From Salpingoeca rosetta (lineage: Eukaryota; Protista; Choanoflagellata): 64,000 nucleotides of DNA. Positions within the stretch are counted from its first letter, which is position 1, and each line of letters starts with the position of its first letter. Under the pieces are notes generated by a model. It saw only the letters and a list, made by a program, of their open reading frames with translations. It had not been told where the DNA came from and made no database searches. The translations under genes and the position numbers were made by a program. The stretch covers positions 197,037 to 261,036 of the forward strand of contig JAWQFM010000034.1 of assembly GCA_033442325.1 (NCBI GenBank), given 5' to 3'. This document shows, piece after piece, positions 20,838 to 31,203 of the stretch.

Positions 20838-20884
<47 letters not shown>

Positions 20885-21050
20885 TGTGTTTGTGTGTCGA
20901 CAAGTGTCGTGGCTTTTCTTTATTTTTGTTTTGACTGGCTTGTATTGGTTGGCTCTCCTTGTCTTGCTTGTGTTACACGCGTGTCACAGTACAATCACGG
21001 AGAGAAAGACAGAGACAACAACAACCACAGTGCAGGAAACGTGGACATGG

Positions 21051-21085
<35 letters not shown>

Positions 21086-21351
21086 GGTGTGTGTCGAGTC
21101 ATGCACGGTGTTTGGTTGCTTGAAGGAGATGTGGGTTGTAGGTGACGAGCCACCACCCAACACCACCCGAAACCAACGCAACACCAAAGCTGATGAAGGC
21201 TCAGTCAGTGACTTTCTTCAAAGGTGTGCACTGGTTATTGTATGGTTCATGTCGATAGCGAAAAACAAGAGAAATGCAAATGCACGACGCCAACAAAGGC
21301 GAAGACGCGGTGCATGCCAAACGCACACACACACACACACACACACACAAT

Positions 21352-21385
<34 letters not shown>

Positions 21386-21399
21386 CGTAACGCCAGGCA

Positions 21400-24099
21400 T
21401 CACTCCTCCTCAATGGTGACACCGAGGCCTGCTGCGGTGTGCTGGATACGAGCGGCGTCCTGCGACGCGCCAATGGCCACCATGTTCTTCAGCACAAACT
21501 GCGCCTCCTTCATCTGCGCAGGGACGAGACGCTCAGAGAGTATCAGACCGAGCACAGCCTCATGCACACCTTTCGTGGCCATCAGCCGCACGTGGTGCTC
21601 GTCGCTCGCCGCCAGGTTGCTCAATGCCCACAGCGCTTCCCGGGACAGCCAGTGCAGCGACGAGTTGGAAAAGTATGCCAGCACGTCCACCACGCCCTGT
21701 TTCAGCAGCAGCGTTGTGACGTCACTCTCCCCAATCGTCACGTTGCCGATGAAGCGAATGAGCGGGCGGAACAGCGCCTGCCGCGGCGTGCACTGACGCA
21801 ACAACGACAGCATGGTCGGCACGGCCCCGAGCGCAATCAAATCCGGGAGCGCCGTTGCGTCCTCAGACATGTACGCCAGCGCCCACGCCGCGTCCACCGT
21901 GGCCGCAGACATGTGCATGTGCGTGCCGAGCGTACGCAGCACGCGCAGCAGCACCGGCGCACAGGGCACAACGGCCTCAAACGACGGGCGCGGCTTGCCA
22001 CGGCACAGGTTCAGCAAGCACCACACCAGCGTGCAGATGCGCTCGCGTGTTGTGCGTGACACCACGACAGCGGGCGTTGCAAGCGTCGACACAGACCCGC
22101 CGACGCGCGTGCCAAAGCTGCCATTGAGCGTGGGCGTCGCAGTGGTGCTTGTCGACATGGTGGTGATGGTACTCGTCGTAGCGGTGGTGGTGGTGGTGTC
22201 GCTTCCCTCTGCCATGCTGCGGCCACCACCCGCACCAATGCCCTCATCATCCCCACCACCGTCCATCTGGCTGCCGAGCCCACCGATGCTGCTCATGCTG
22301 CTCCTGCTGCCGTCTTTGACATGCGCTGCGTATGCGCGTTCAAGGGCGGCGTCAAAGGAGAGGTTGTCGTTGTTCTGCAGGTGTGGTTCAAACGGAACAG
22401 CCAGCGACGGCTGCTGCCACCACACGCTTGCGTCCATCCACATACGGCGTTGCTGCATCTGCTGCTGCTGCTGCTGCTGTTGGTGCCCATGCAATTGCAG
22501 GTGCTGAAGCTGAAGCTGCGCCGTGGCTGACGTGTCACCCCCACCGACTCCACCGCCACTGCTGCCTGTCGTGGAGGTGATGGAGGATACCATGGACGCT
22601 GTCCCGGACGATGCTGGTGATGACGACGACGTGGATGTGGTTGACGATGTTCCGGATGCTGCCATCGTCAGCGCGCGCGATGCAGACATGGCGGTGCCCG
22701 TCTGCGAAGCCGTGTTCATGGCGGTCGTGTCGGGTGGCAGGATGCCCTCAAGAAGGGAGATGAGACGGGGCAGCACGCCGCACTCCAACACCTGGTCGCG
22801 CACGTGCGGGCCGTCCCCAGCCATGTTGGCCAGCCCCCACACCGCCGTGTGCGCAAGCTCCTCGTTGTCGTCGGCCAGCAGCGTGGTCAGGATGCGGCCT
22901 GCCCCTGCGTCCAACAGCTGGCTCGTCTGCTCCGGTGTGCCCGCTGCCAAGTTCGACAGCGCCCACGCCGCCTCCTTGGCGTGTGCGGGCGACACACCGA
23001 GCACCTCCATCAGGTACAGCGGCGTGTTGGCAGCCAGCATCGTCGCAATGGGTGGCTCACCGGGCCGGCACGTGAGCAGCCGCAGCGCCTTCAAGTGCTT
23101 CATCATCTCATCAGGGTCGCCTGCGGCCGCGGCGAGCTTGTTCTGGATGCCTTGCACCTCCGCCAGCAGTGTCGCGTTCACCTCCTGCTCAACCTTCAAA
23201 TTCGTGTATGCGTTGCCGGCAATGGCGCGCGGCTGGCCCACCGCCTGGCTGCCGCTTGTGGTGGCGGCGGGGTTGTTGCTGGTCTCGGTTGCGCTAGTGT
23301 CCATGCCCTTGCCACCGGTTCTTGCCGGCGACGAAGGAGACGGTGCGGGCGGCGGCGGGGTGGTGACGGGCGTGGTGCGCGGCGTGGATGTTGTGGGCGG
23401 CGGCGTGCCTGGCGAGCTGCCGAGCGGTAGGCTGCTGTTCAGCGGCTGCAGCACAGCCTGCTCAAGGCAGGCCTTGATGTCGCCGAGACAGCACGCCGAC
23501 GTGCGCGTGGTTGCGGACGTCTTTGCGTGTGTCTTGGCGGATGTGGCCGAGCCCAGCCGGGCGCCGCCAGCCGTTGCCAGCGATGACGAGGATGCCGATG
23601 TTGATGATGGCGCTGATGCTGACGACGGCGAGGTGGATATGTCCAGGTCGTCGCGTTTGGTGTTGAGGGCGTCTTGCCGCGCGGAGCGGCGCTGCTGCTC
23701 CCTCGCCGCCGCCCGCATGTTGCGCACGTCCTTGAGCGTCTTGGGCGTGTTGCGGTAGAGCCCAAACATGGCCGCAGACAGGTGCCGGCCGCCACCACCA
23801 CTGCTGCCGGGCGACGCGGTGCTGGTGTTGTGGCTGCTGGGGCTGGCGGAGGTGGAGAATGTGGATGTAAACGCCGAGGACGAGGACGAGGCTGGCGACG
23901 ACGCCTTGGCTGTTGTGGTGGAAGAGGAGGAGGATGCTGACGATGATGATGATGATGTGGTGACGCCACCGCGCAGGCCGCTGGCGCGCGCCGCACCGAT
24001 GATGCGATGCCTGCGCTGGCGGTCTTCCTCACGCGAGTGGTCCAGGTTGAGCTTCTTCACGCTCTGGATCAATACCATCTCGTCCGTGGCGCGCTCCAT
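21400..24099 (-). CDS. Divergent importin-alpha (karyopherin alpha)-like ARM-repeat protein, about 899 aa, single exon
   Basis: IBB-like YRNTPKTLKDVRNMRAAAREQQRRSARQDALNTKR. ARM motifs: EAAWALSNLAAGTPEQT, AVWGLANMAGDGPHVRDQVL, VWCLLNLCRGKPRP, DAAWALAYMSE, LIRFIGNV, REALWALSNLAA. ATG at 24099. Confidence 0.85.
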   Translation of the reverse strand: MERATDEMVLIQSVKKLNLDHSREEDRQRRHRIIGAARASGLRGGVTTSSSSSSASSSSSTTTAKASSPASSSSSAFTSTFSTSASPSSHNTSTASPGSSGGGGRHLSAAMFGLYRNTPKTLKDVRNMRAAAREQQRRSARQDALNTKRDDLDISTSPSSASAPSSTSASSSSLATAGGARLGSATSAKTHAKTSATTRTSACCLGDIKACLEQAVLQPLNSSLPLGSSPGTPPPTTSTPRTTPVTTPPPPAPSPSSPARTGGKGMDTSATETSNNPAATTSGSQAVGQPRAIAGNAYTNLKVEQEVNATLLAEVQGIQNKLAAAAGDPDEMMKHLKALRLLTCRPGEPPIATMLAANTPLYLMEVLGVSPAHAKEAAWALSNLAAGTPEQTSQLLDAGAGRILTTLLADDNEELAHTAVWGLANMAGDGPHVRDQVLECGVLPRLISLLEGILPPDTTAMNTASQTGTAMSASRALTMAASGTSSTTSTSSSSPASSGTASMVSSITSTTGSSGGGVGGGDTSATAQLQLQHLQLHGHQQQQQQQQMQQRRMWMDASVWWQQPSLAVPFEPHLQNNDNLSFDAALERAYAAHVKDGSRSSMSSIGGLGSQMDGGGDDEGIGAGGGRSMAEGSDTTTTTATTSTITTMSTSTTATPTLNGSFGTRVGGSVSTLATPAVVVSRTTRERICTLVWCLLNLCRGKPRPSFEAVVPCAPVLLRVLRTLGTHMHMSAATVDAAWALAYMSEDATALPDLIALGAVPTMLSLLRQCTPRQALFRPLIRFIGNVTIGESDVTTLLLKQGVVDVLAYFSNSSLHWLSREALWALSNLAASDEHHVRLMATKGVHEAVLGLILSERLVPAQMKEAQFVLKNMVAIGASQDAARIQHTAAGLGVTIEEE

Positions 24100-25694
24100 C
24101 TTTGCTTGTTGTGTGTGTGTGGGGGGGGGGAGCGGAGCGAGGAGGAACAAATGCAAGACAAGGGGCGAGGGCGAGGGCGAAGGGGAGGGGAGAGATGCAA
24201 CGGAGAAGGGAAGGAAGAAGCAGAGGAGGAGGGGAAGCAGCAGATGACGCTGGCCTTGAGCGAGCAGACTTGTGTGGCTGTGTCGATCAAGATCAAAGCA
24301 GGCCCTCATGCACCGCAATGCAACTTTGATGAAGTGATGGCGAAGCGAAGTGAAGCGTGAAGCGCGTGTGTGTGGACGACCAACGCGTGGTTTGGGGAGA
24401 GCGGGGGAGGGGAGTAGGACACGAGGCCGGTTCAATGTGTCAAACGTCCATCGAAACACACGATTTGGTCGATGGATTGATTGATTGATTGATCGAATGC
24501 GAATGGAGGTGAGAGGAACACTCCAGCAAGCAGGCAAGCAAGCAAGCAAGCAAGCAAACGGCGAGTCAAAGGATGAAAGTGACCAGGGAAGGGTGGTTGA
24601 CACGAGACCACACAACCAAAGAAACAAAGGGAGGTCTGTTCACCTTGTCTATGTGTGTGTCGACTGCTAAAGGATGATCAAGAGGTGGGGGGAGACAAGA
24701 AGAAGAAGAAGAAGAAGGGAGAGAAGAAGGAGGGAGGGGAACAAGGTCGCCCTGTTTCTGCGTGGTGGCGTGCTTGGTTGATGATGGCGAAGGAGGAGGG
24801 AAAAGAGAAGCAAGGCAAACAACAAGGGCAGGCACGACGCAAAACCCAAACAAAACACGCTGCCGCAAACGCGCCCTTTTCCGCTGAGTCAGCAAAACAT
24901 AGACGCGGACAGATACTTTTATTGTGAGAAATGATTCGATGCGGAATCGCATGTTTTGTGCTCGTGCCGATACGCGCGCTGTCCTCCTTCGCAATCCAAA
25001 CAAACAAGGGCACGTCGAGACACTGACGCCATTGGTGCACTGGGTTGCCTATGAGCTATGGGGGTGCTGATGGATTTGGCAGAAGGGTTGCCGACCCGAA
25101 TTAGCCGCAACGGAAAGCAGCAGAAGAAGGGGAGGAACAGCACGTGGTGCGGAGGACGGCGGCGGCTGATATCATCGCAGCTGCTGTTGGCAAAACAAAC
25201 ACAAAGCAACAGCTGAGCAAGTGCTGACGGCAAGCGAGAGCAGCATTGACGTCGACGACGACTGTTGGCTGCGCTTGCCCAGGTACAATGAGATGACGCG
25301 CACACGGCGCACAAACAAAGGGCTAGCGAGCAAGAGAGAAGCAGAAGCAAGCAAGAGAAAAGCAAAAGGGAGGAGGCAAGTCAGAGGGTCGAAGAGAGGA
25401 GCGGAGCTAATTTTTTCCCTCCGTTGGTGTGTTGCCGCGGCTACCACAACACAACACAGCACAGCACTCGCTCGTGTGTGGGAAGTGGCGTGGATTTGGT
25501 TCACTTTTGTCGCTGTTAGAGTGACCGCGTGTTCATTTTCATCGCCGCTCACCGTCGCCAACCGACCAAGGACCAAGAAACCAAGACCCAAGGAAGGTCT
25601 CACGTAGTCAAGTAGTCCAGTCGCCAAGTCGATTCCCCACCTCGCCTCAAGCACGTCGGATCAAAGTACAGCAATTCCCTGGCTGTCAACCAAG

Positions 25695-27330
25695 ATGAAG
25701 TCCACCATTGCAACGCTTTTGCTGCTGCTCGCGGCCTGCGGCCTTGCTGCACCACCAACTTGGGCCACGCCATTGGCCGGGGCAGCTGCCGAGAATGGCG
25801 AGGGCGGCGAAGGAGGCGAAGAAGAAGGCAGCGTGAACGCCGTCATCGCACACGGTGAGCGGTTTACGCGGCGACACTGTTGTGCCCGCATGTGGTGATA
25901 CTATCGTACCTGCATGTGGTGATACTATCGTGCCTGCATCCTGTGATTTACGCCAATCAAATGTTCATGGCCTGTGCACAAGCACACGTGTATTCGTGCA
26001 CGCTTCTCCTGCTTTCATCGCTTGCCCCTCTTCTAACCTCACTGCTGCGTTTGCTCTCGCTCACTGAATCTCCCGCTCACCGCCAATCATACAATGCCCA
26101 CGCACCTGTCTTGCCGTGCTTCCATCATTGCAGGCATCTGCATGGTCCTTGCCTGGATCCTCTTCTCCCCTTCCGCCATCTTCATCGCCCACTTTCTCAA
26201 GTTCCTGGGCCAAAAGTGGTTCCTCCTCCACAAGTACATGCAGGTGTGTTTGCTGTGTATGTGCTGTGTTTGCTTGTATACTGTGCTTGTTGTATTTGTT
26301 GTGTGTGTGTGTGTGTGATTGCACTACGTTTGTTGTGTGTGTGTTCATTGTGTGTGTGCGTGTGTGTACATGTCACATGGCACATTGCTGCCCTGCCCCA
26401 ACACCTCCCTAAGTTGTTCCACCACTCACCGTGTGCTTGGGCCTTGCAGATTATTGCGACACTGCTGACGGTGGCTGGGTTTATTGCCATCTTGTCGGGC
26501 GGTGAGGCCGAGGCTGAGGGCGCACACGGCTCCCTTGGCATCTTCCTCCTCGTCTGCACCCTCATCCAGGTATGTACGTTGTGTGTTGTGTGTGTGTGTG
26601 TATGTGTGTGTGTGTGTGTGCGTGCGTGCCTGCACCTGTGCGTGTTGGTCTGTGTGTGCACATATGTGTACGTGTCTGTGTCTGTGTCATGCTCTCACAT
26701 GTCCGTCACATGTCCGTCACATGTCCGTCACATGTCCGTCACATGTCCATCACATGTCGCTCACGCAACGCTCACGCAACGCTCACATGATGCTCCTCAT
26801 CCCGCCACCACCACCACGACCACCACACCAGGCCCTCCTTGGCTTTGCCCGCAACCTCATCAGCGGTGAGCCAACAGACCCCAACGACCCAAAGGACCAC
26901 GGCCCAAGGTAGGGTGCACCATGCTATGGGCCTATGCACATGTGCATGTTTTCGTGAATTGTGCTCTTGCGTGGAACAACATCAACCACCGTTGCACGCG
27001 TCGTTGACACTGCACTGCATGTTTCCCAGCACTGCATCTATCCCTGTTTCCACCCCTCCTACAATCCCCACTGCAATCCCACCGTCCCAACTGCACTCCC
27101 ACCACAACCACTGCCACGTGCGCAGGCGCTGGATGTTCAACTACATGCACTGGCTCCTCGGTGCCCTCACCACCGTAATTGCAAGTGAGTGAAAAAGAGC
27201 GCAATCGTGCATGTGTGTGTGTGTGTTTGCTGGAGGACTGCTTTGCTTTGGTTCATTTCTTCCTTGCAGCCTTGCTTACCCTATGTTACAACCCCTCTGT
27301 GTGTGTGTGTGTGTGTGTGTGCGTGCGTGC

Positions 27331-27383
<53 letters not shown>

Positions 27384-27561
27384 TGTGTGTGGTGCAGTCG
27401 TCACCATCTACCTTGGCCTTGATCTCGTGGAGATTGGCACGCCAGGATTCACAGGTGAGGAAACACAACTCACATTGTGCAAGGGTGTTCTGAAACTGTG
27501 GTCTGCCGATGATGAGGAATCAAAACCGCTGCACTGCTTCTCAAGAATGTTGGCGCCACCG

Positions 27562-27614
<53 letters not shown>

Positions 27615-27801
27615 TGCAGCGCTGTATGTGTGGCTCGGCGTGGAGGCGTTTGTAGTGCTTGTCTCCCTGGTGATCAACCACAGGGAGGGCCACTCCAACA
27701 ACGTTCTCCTGGCGGCTTGCGGCGTCTTTGCTGCCGCCGCCCTTGCATGCACCATCGTGATTGCCGTCAAGATTGGCACAGTCTCAAACATCGACCTTTG
27801 A
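25695..27801 (+). CDS. Cytochrome b561 domain protein (FRRS1/CYBDOM-type transmembrane reductase) with a signal peptide
   Basis: Exons 25695-25854, 26134-26243, 26450-26569, 26832-26908, 27126-27184, 27398-27454, 27620-27801. Four candidate heme-ligand His motifs: IAHGICMVLAW, KWFLLHKYMQ, AHGSLG, RWMFNYMHWLLG. About 6 TM helices. Confidence 0.88.
26696..26757. repeat. 11-bp tandem repeat (cacatgtccgt), about 5 copies, intronic
   Basis: Directly visible. Confidence 0.85.
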
Positions 27802-28308
27802 GAGTAATGGATTGGATATATGTGTGTGTTCTTGATTGATTGATTGATTGTGTTGTTGAGTGATTGGTTCCCACCCCCACTCCCGTATCCTCCCTTATGT
27901 TGCTTTCGTCCTCTCCTGACACCCTTTGACAGAAGTTGTGTGACTCTGTGGCGCGTTGTTTTGGTGTTTGTTTTTTTGACTGCACACGTGCACACAATAT
28001 ACGGCAAGCAGTGTGACCAATCATCGAGAAGAAGAAGAACGCAGTACCCACCTGAAATGTTATCGTTTGCACGTATGTAATGGAGTGAGCGATTGAGCGC
28101 TTGTGCTCCCTTGCTGCTGCCAACAGGCCAACAGAACAGAACAACAAGACAAGACAAGTAGAAGACAAACAAGAAGAAGGAAGGTTTGATGAAATGACGC
28201 ACTCTGCCATGTCATCCTCGTCGTTTTCTTGCAGGCATCCTGCCGAAACATGTATGAAATCATCTATGAAACTTCCCAACTTGCATTGGATCGGCTTGTG
28301 CTGGCAAG

Positions 28309-28808
28309 ATGACGAGCCGCAAACCGCAACAACACCCACTGCAACAGCAGCCCACGAGCGAGGACGGGATGTGCGCGGAGCGGCTTGAGCGTGTTGGGGC
28401 GTGGATGGAGAAGATGGTGGTGGAAGGGAAGCTGCCGTGCGCCTGTGTGTCTGTGCTGCGCGGCAATAAGGAGGTGTACTCCCACATGTGTGGCTTCCGC
28501 AACGTGGAGGACAAGGTGCCCGTGACGGAGGACACGCTCTTCCGCATCTACTCCATGACCAAGGCCGTCACCTGCGTTGCGCTCATGAGCCTGTACGAGG
28601 AGGGCCACTTTGAGCTCACAGACCCCGTGTCCAAGTTCATTCCGTGCTTTTCCGACATGAAGGTTGCCGTTGGTGGCTCTTATCCCGACTTTGAGCTGGA
28701 GGATGCCCGTTCCCCCATCACCATCCAGCAGCTCTTCACCCACACCAGCGGCCTCACTTACTGGTGTGTGTCGTTGTCGTTGTGTGTGTGCGTTGTTGTT
28801 GTTGTTGC

Positions 28809-28900
<92 letters not shown>

Positions 28901-29987
28901 TTGTGTGTGTGTGCTTTGTTGTGTGTACGTCGTTGTGTGTGCGCATGTGTTTGTTTGCTTGCGTGTGTGTATTGTTGTTGTGTGAGTGTGTGATGATACT
29001 TTGTACACTCCCCGCTGCACCTTCCACTTTCCACCTTCCACTGTCCACCTTCCACACCCAACCATGCAACCCGCCACGGTTTCCCACCACCTGACCCGCG
29101 TTCTCCCCAACTTCCTCCCTGAATTGGTGTTTAGGTTCTTTGATGACGAGCTGGGCGTGAACAAGGCTTACAAGGAGAAGAAGGTGATGTTCAGCCCGCT
29201 GTTTCCAAACGAGCACGACGGCATGGACCTTGAGAAGATGTGCGAGCGGCTGGCGTCATGTCCCCTCTTGTTCCACCCCGGCACCAAGTGGCAGTACTCC
29301 AACGCCACAGACGTCCTCGGCCGCCTTGTGGAAGTCATTTCCGGACAGCGCCTTGACACGTTCATGCAGGAGCGCATCTTCACGCCACTCGACATGCGTG
29401 ACACCGCGTTCCACGTGGCTGCAGAGCATGTGGACCGGTTCGCCCGCTGCTACACCGTTAAGCGCTCGGAGGAGGACGCCAAGAAAGGGGCGTTGCTCAG
29501 CGGCGCTGGGTTCCAGTTCCAAGGGTTTGAACGCCTGGACAACGATGCGCTGTTCATGTCCCCGCCCAACGTGTACGCGGGTGGCGGCGGCCTGGTCAGC
29601 ACCCTTCGCGACTACACGCGCTTCTGCCGCATGCTCCTCAACAACGGCGTGCTGGACGGTAAGCGGGTGCTCGGGCGAAAGACGGTGGAGTTTATGATGC
29701 TCAACCACCTCAACGGCGACATGGCAGACTACGGCATGCCGAGCTGGCTCAACATGAACCGCCACGGTGTTGGCTTTGGTCTTGGCTGGGCCGTTGTTGT
29801 GGACCCTGCACGCCTTGGAGCCATGTGCTCTGCGGGCGAGGTGGCGTGGGGTGGCATGGCATCCACATTCTTCTGGATCGACCCCAGAGAGGACATGGCG
29901 TGTGTGTTCATGACGCAGCTGGTCCCGTCCAGCGCCCTCCCGCTTCGCCGCACCCTCCGCTACCTCGTCAACGCCGCCATCGAGTGA
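28309..29987 (+). CDS. Beta-lactamase-related serine hydrolase (class C/EstB-like family VIII esterase), bacterial type
   Basis: Exons 28309-28763 and 29135-29987. Motifs: FRIYSMTK (SxxK), LFTHTSGL, LLFHPGTKWQYSNATDVLG (YxN), GGGGLVST, WGGMASTFFWIDP. Confidence 0.92.
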
Positions 29988-30000
29988 GCGTGTGTAATTG

Positions 30001-30080
30001 TGATTGTGTGATGTGATTGTGTGATTGTGTGATGTGATTGTGTGATTGTGTGATTGTGTGATTGTGTGATTGTGTGATTG
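30001..30080. repeat. (tgtgattg)n tandem repeat downstream of the hydrolase stop codon
   Basis: The 8-bp periodicity is directly visible. Confidence 0.85.
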
Positions 30081-31203
30081 TGTGTGTGTGTACATGTGTA
30101 CATGTGTATGTGATCTGTGCACGCTGTGTGCATGTGCACGCTGTGTACATGTGTATGTGATCTGTGCACGCTGTGCGCATGTGCACGCCGTGTATGCGCA
30201 TATGTTATGCTTACGTGAATGCGTGGTGCGATGAATGCCGTCCACATCCCCCGTTTCCTTCCACCCATGTGCATTCGAAGTGCATTCGATGTTGTTTATT
30301 TTTTGGGTGTGATTGTTGCAAGCTGAGACCACAATACAGTGTGTGCATCATGCAGTGATGCGCATGTTGGCCTGCATGCAAAGGAAGAAGGTCCGAGTAC
30401 CAAAACAGAGAGAAAGAGAAAGAGAGGACAAGCACGCGTGAACGTGCATTCACACGCGCAGGGGCGCATCCAACACAGCCGCCACTGTGGTTCCCACCCA
30501 AAGCAGCCCCCATACGCATGCACATTCATGGCGTGGGGGCTGGGGTTAGGAGTGGCGGTGATAGGGCTGCTGCCACCAAAGGAAAAGAGGGGAGAACGGG
30601 GAAAACGGGGGGAACTTACACATGCAAACTCACTTGTGAGACATGCAATGCAGAGCGTTTAAACACTGCTCGCTGCATGCAACAAACAAACCACAACAAC
30701 ACCAACAACGACATCAAGTATCAGCATTCAGGCCGAAAAGAAGAGCGCGTCTCTTACACAGCAACATGCATGCAGCACAGAAGAACACGGACACATTCGG
30801 TTCGCATACAAACTAAACTGGTCTTGGTCATGCACGAACCCATTGACAATCAATCAAACCAATCAAGAAGAAGAAAGAAGGGAGCAAACAAAGATAAGCT
30901 GGTGGTGGTGGTGGCGCTGCTGTTGCTGCATTTGCGGCAACAGCGTGCCGCATACGTTTGGGTATCACACACAGACACACACACACAACATCAAAACACA
31001 CACAATGAAGCTGAATCCACTACTCAAGTTATGCTGACTTGATACGTCTACCCTTATGAAAAAACTGCAAATGCGTGCGGGAGACGGCGACGGTGATGCA
31101 CAGTGGCCGTGTAGTGATGGCACCAGCAATGCGATGCGGGAAGCACCATCCATCCACATCCATATCCACATTCACATCACACGCCATCGCGCGTACGCTC
31201 GCG

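Noticed and set aside
21439-23758. Long + strand ORFs opposite importin-alpha (likewise 31217-35855, 43657-44571 and 60353-61625)
   Set aside because: They are antisense shadows of GC-rich coding exons; the conserved motifs are on the minus strand.
28309-29987. Bacterial contamination or a true antibiotic-resistance gene
   Set aside because: The gene contains a host-type spliceosomal intron and sits among eukaryotic genes. It has the WGG esterase-type box rather than KTG, so beta-lactamase activity is not supported.
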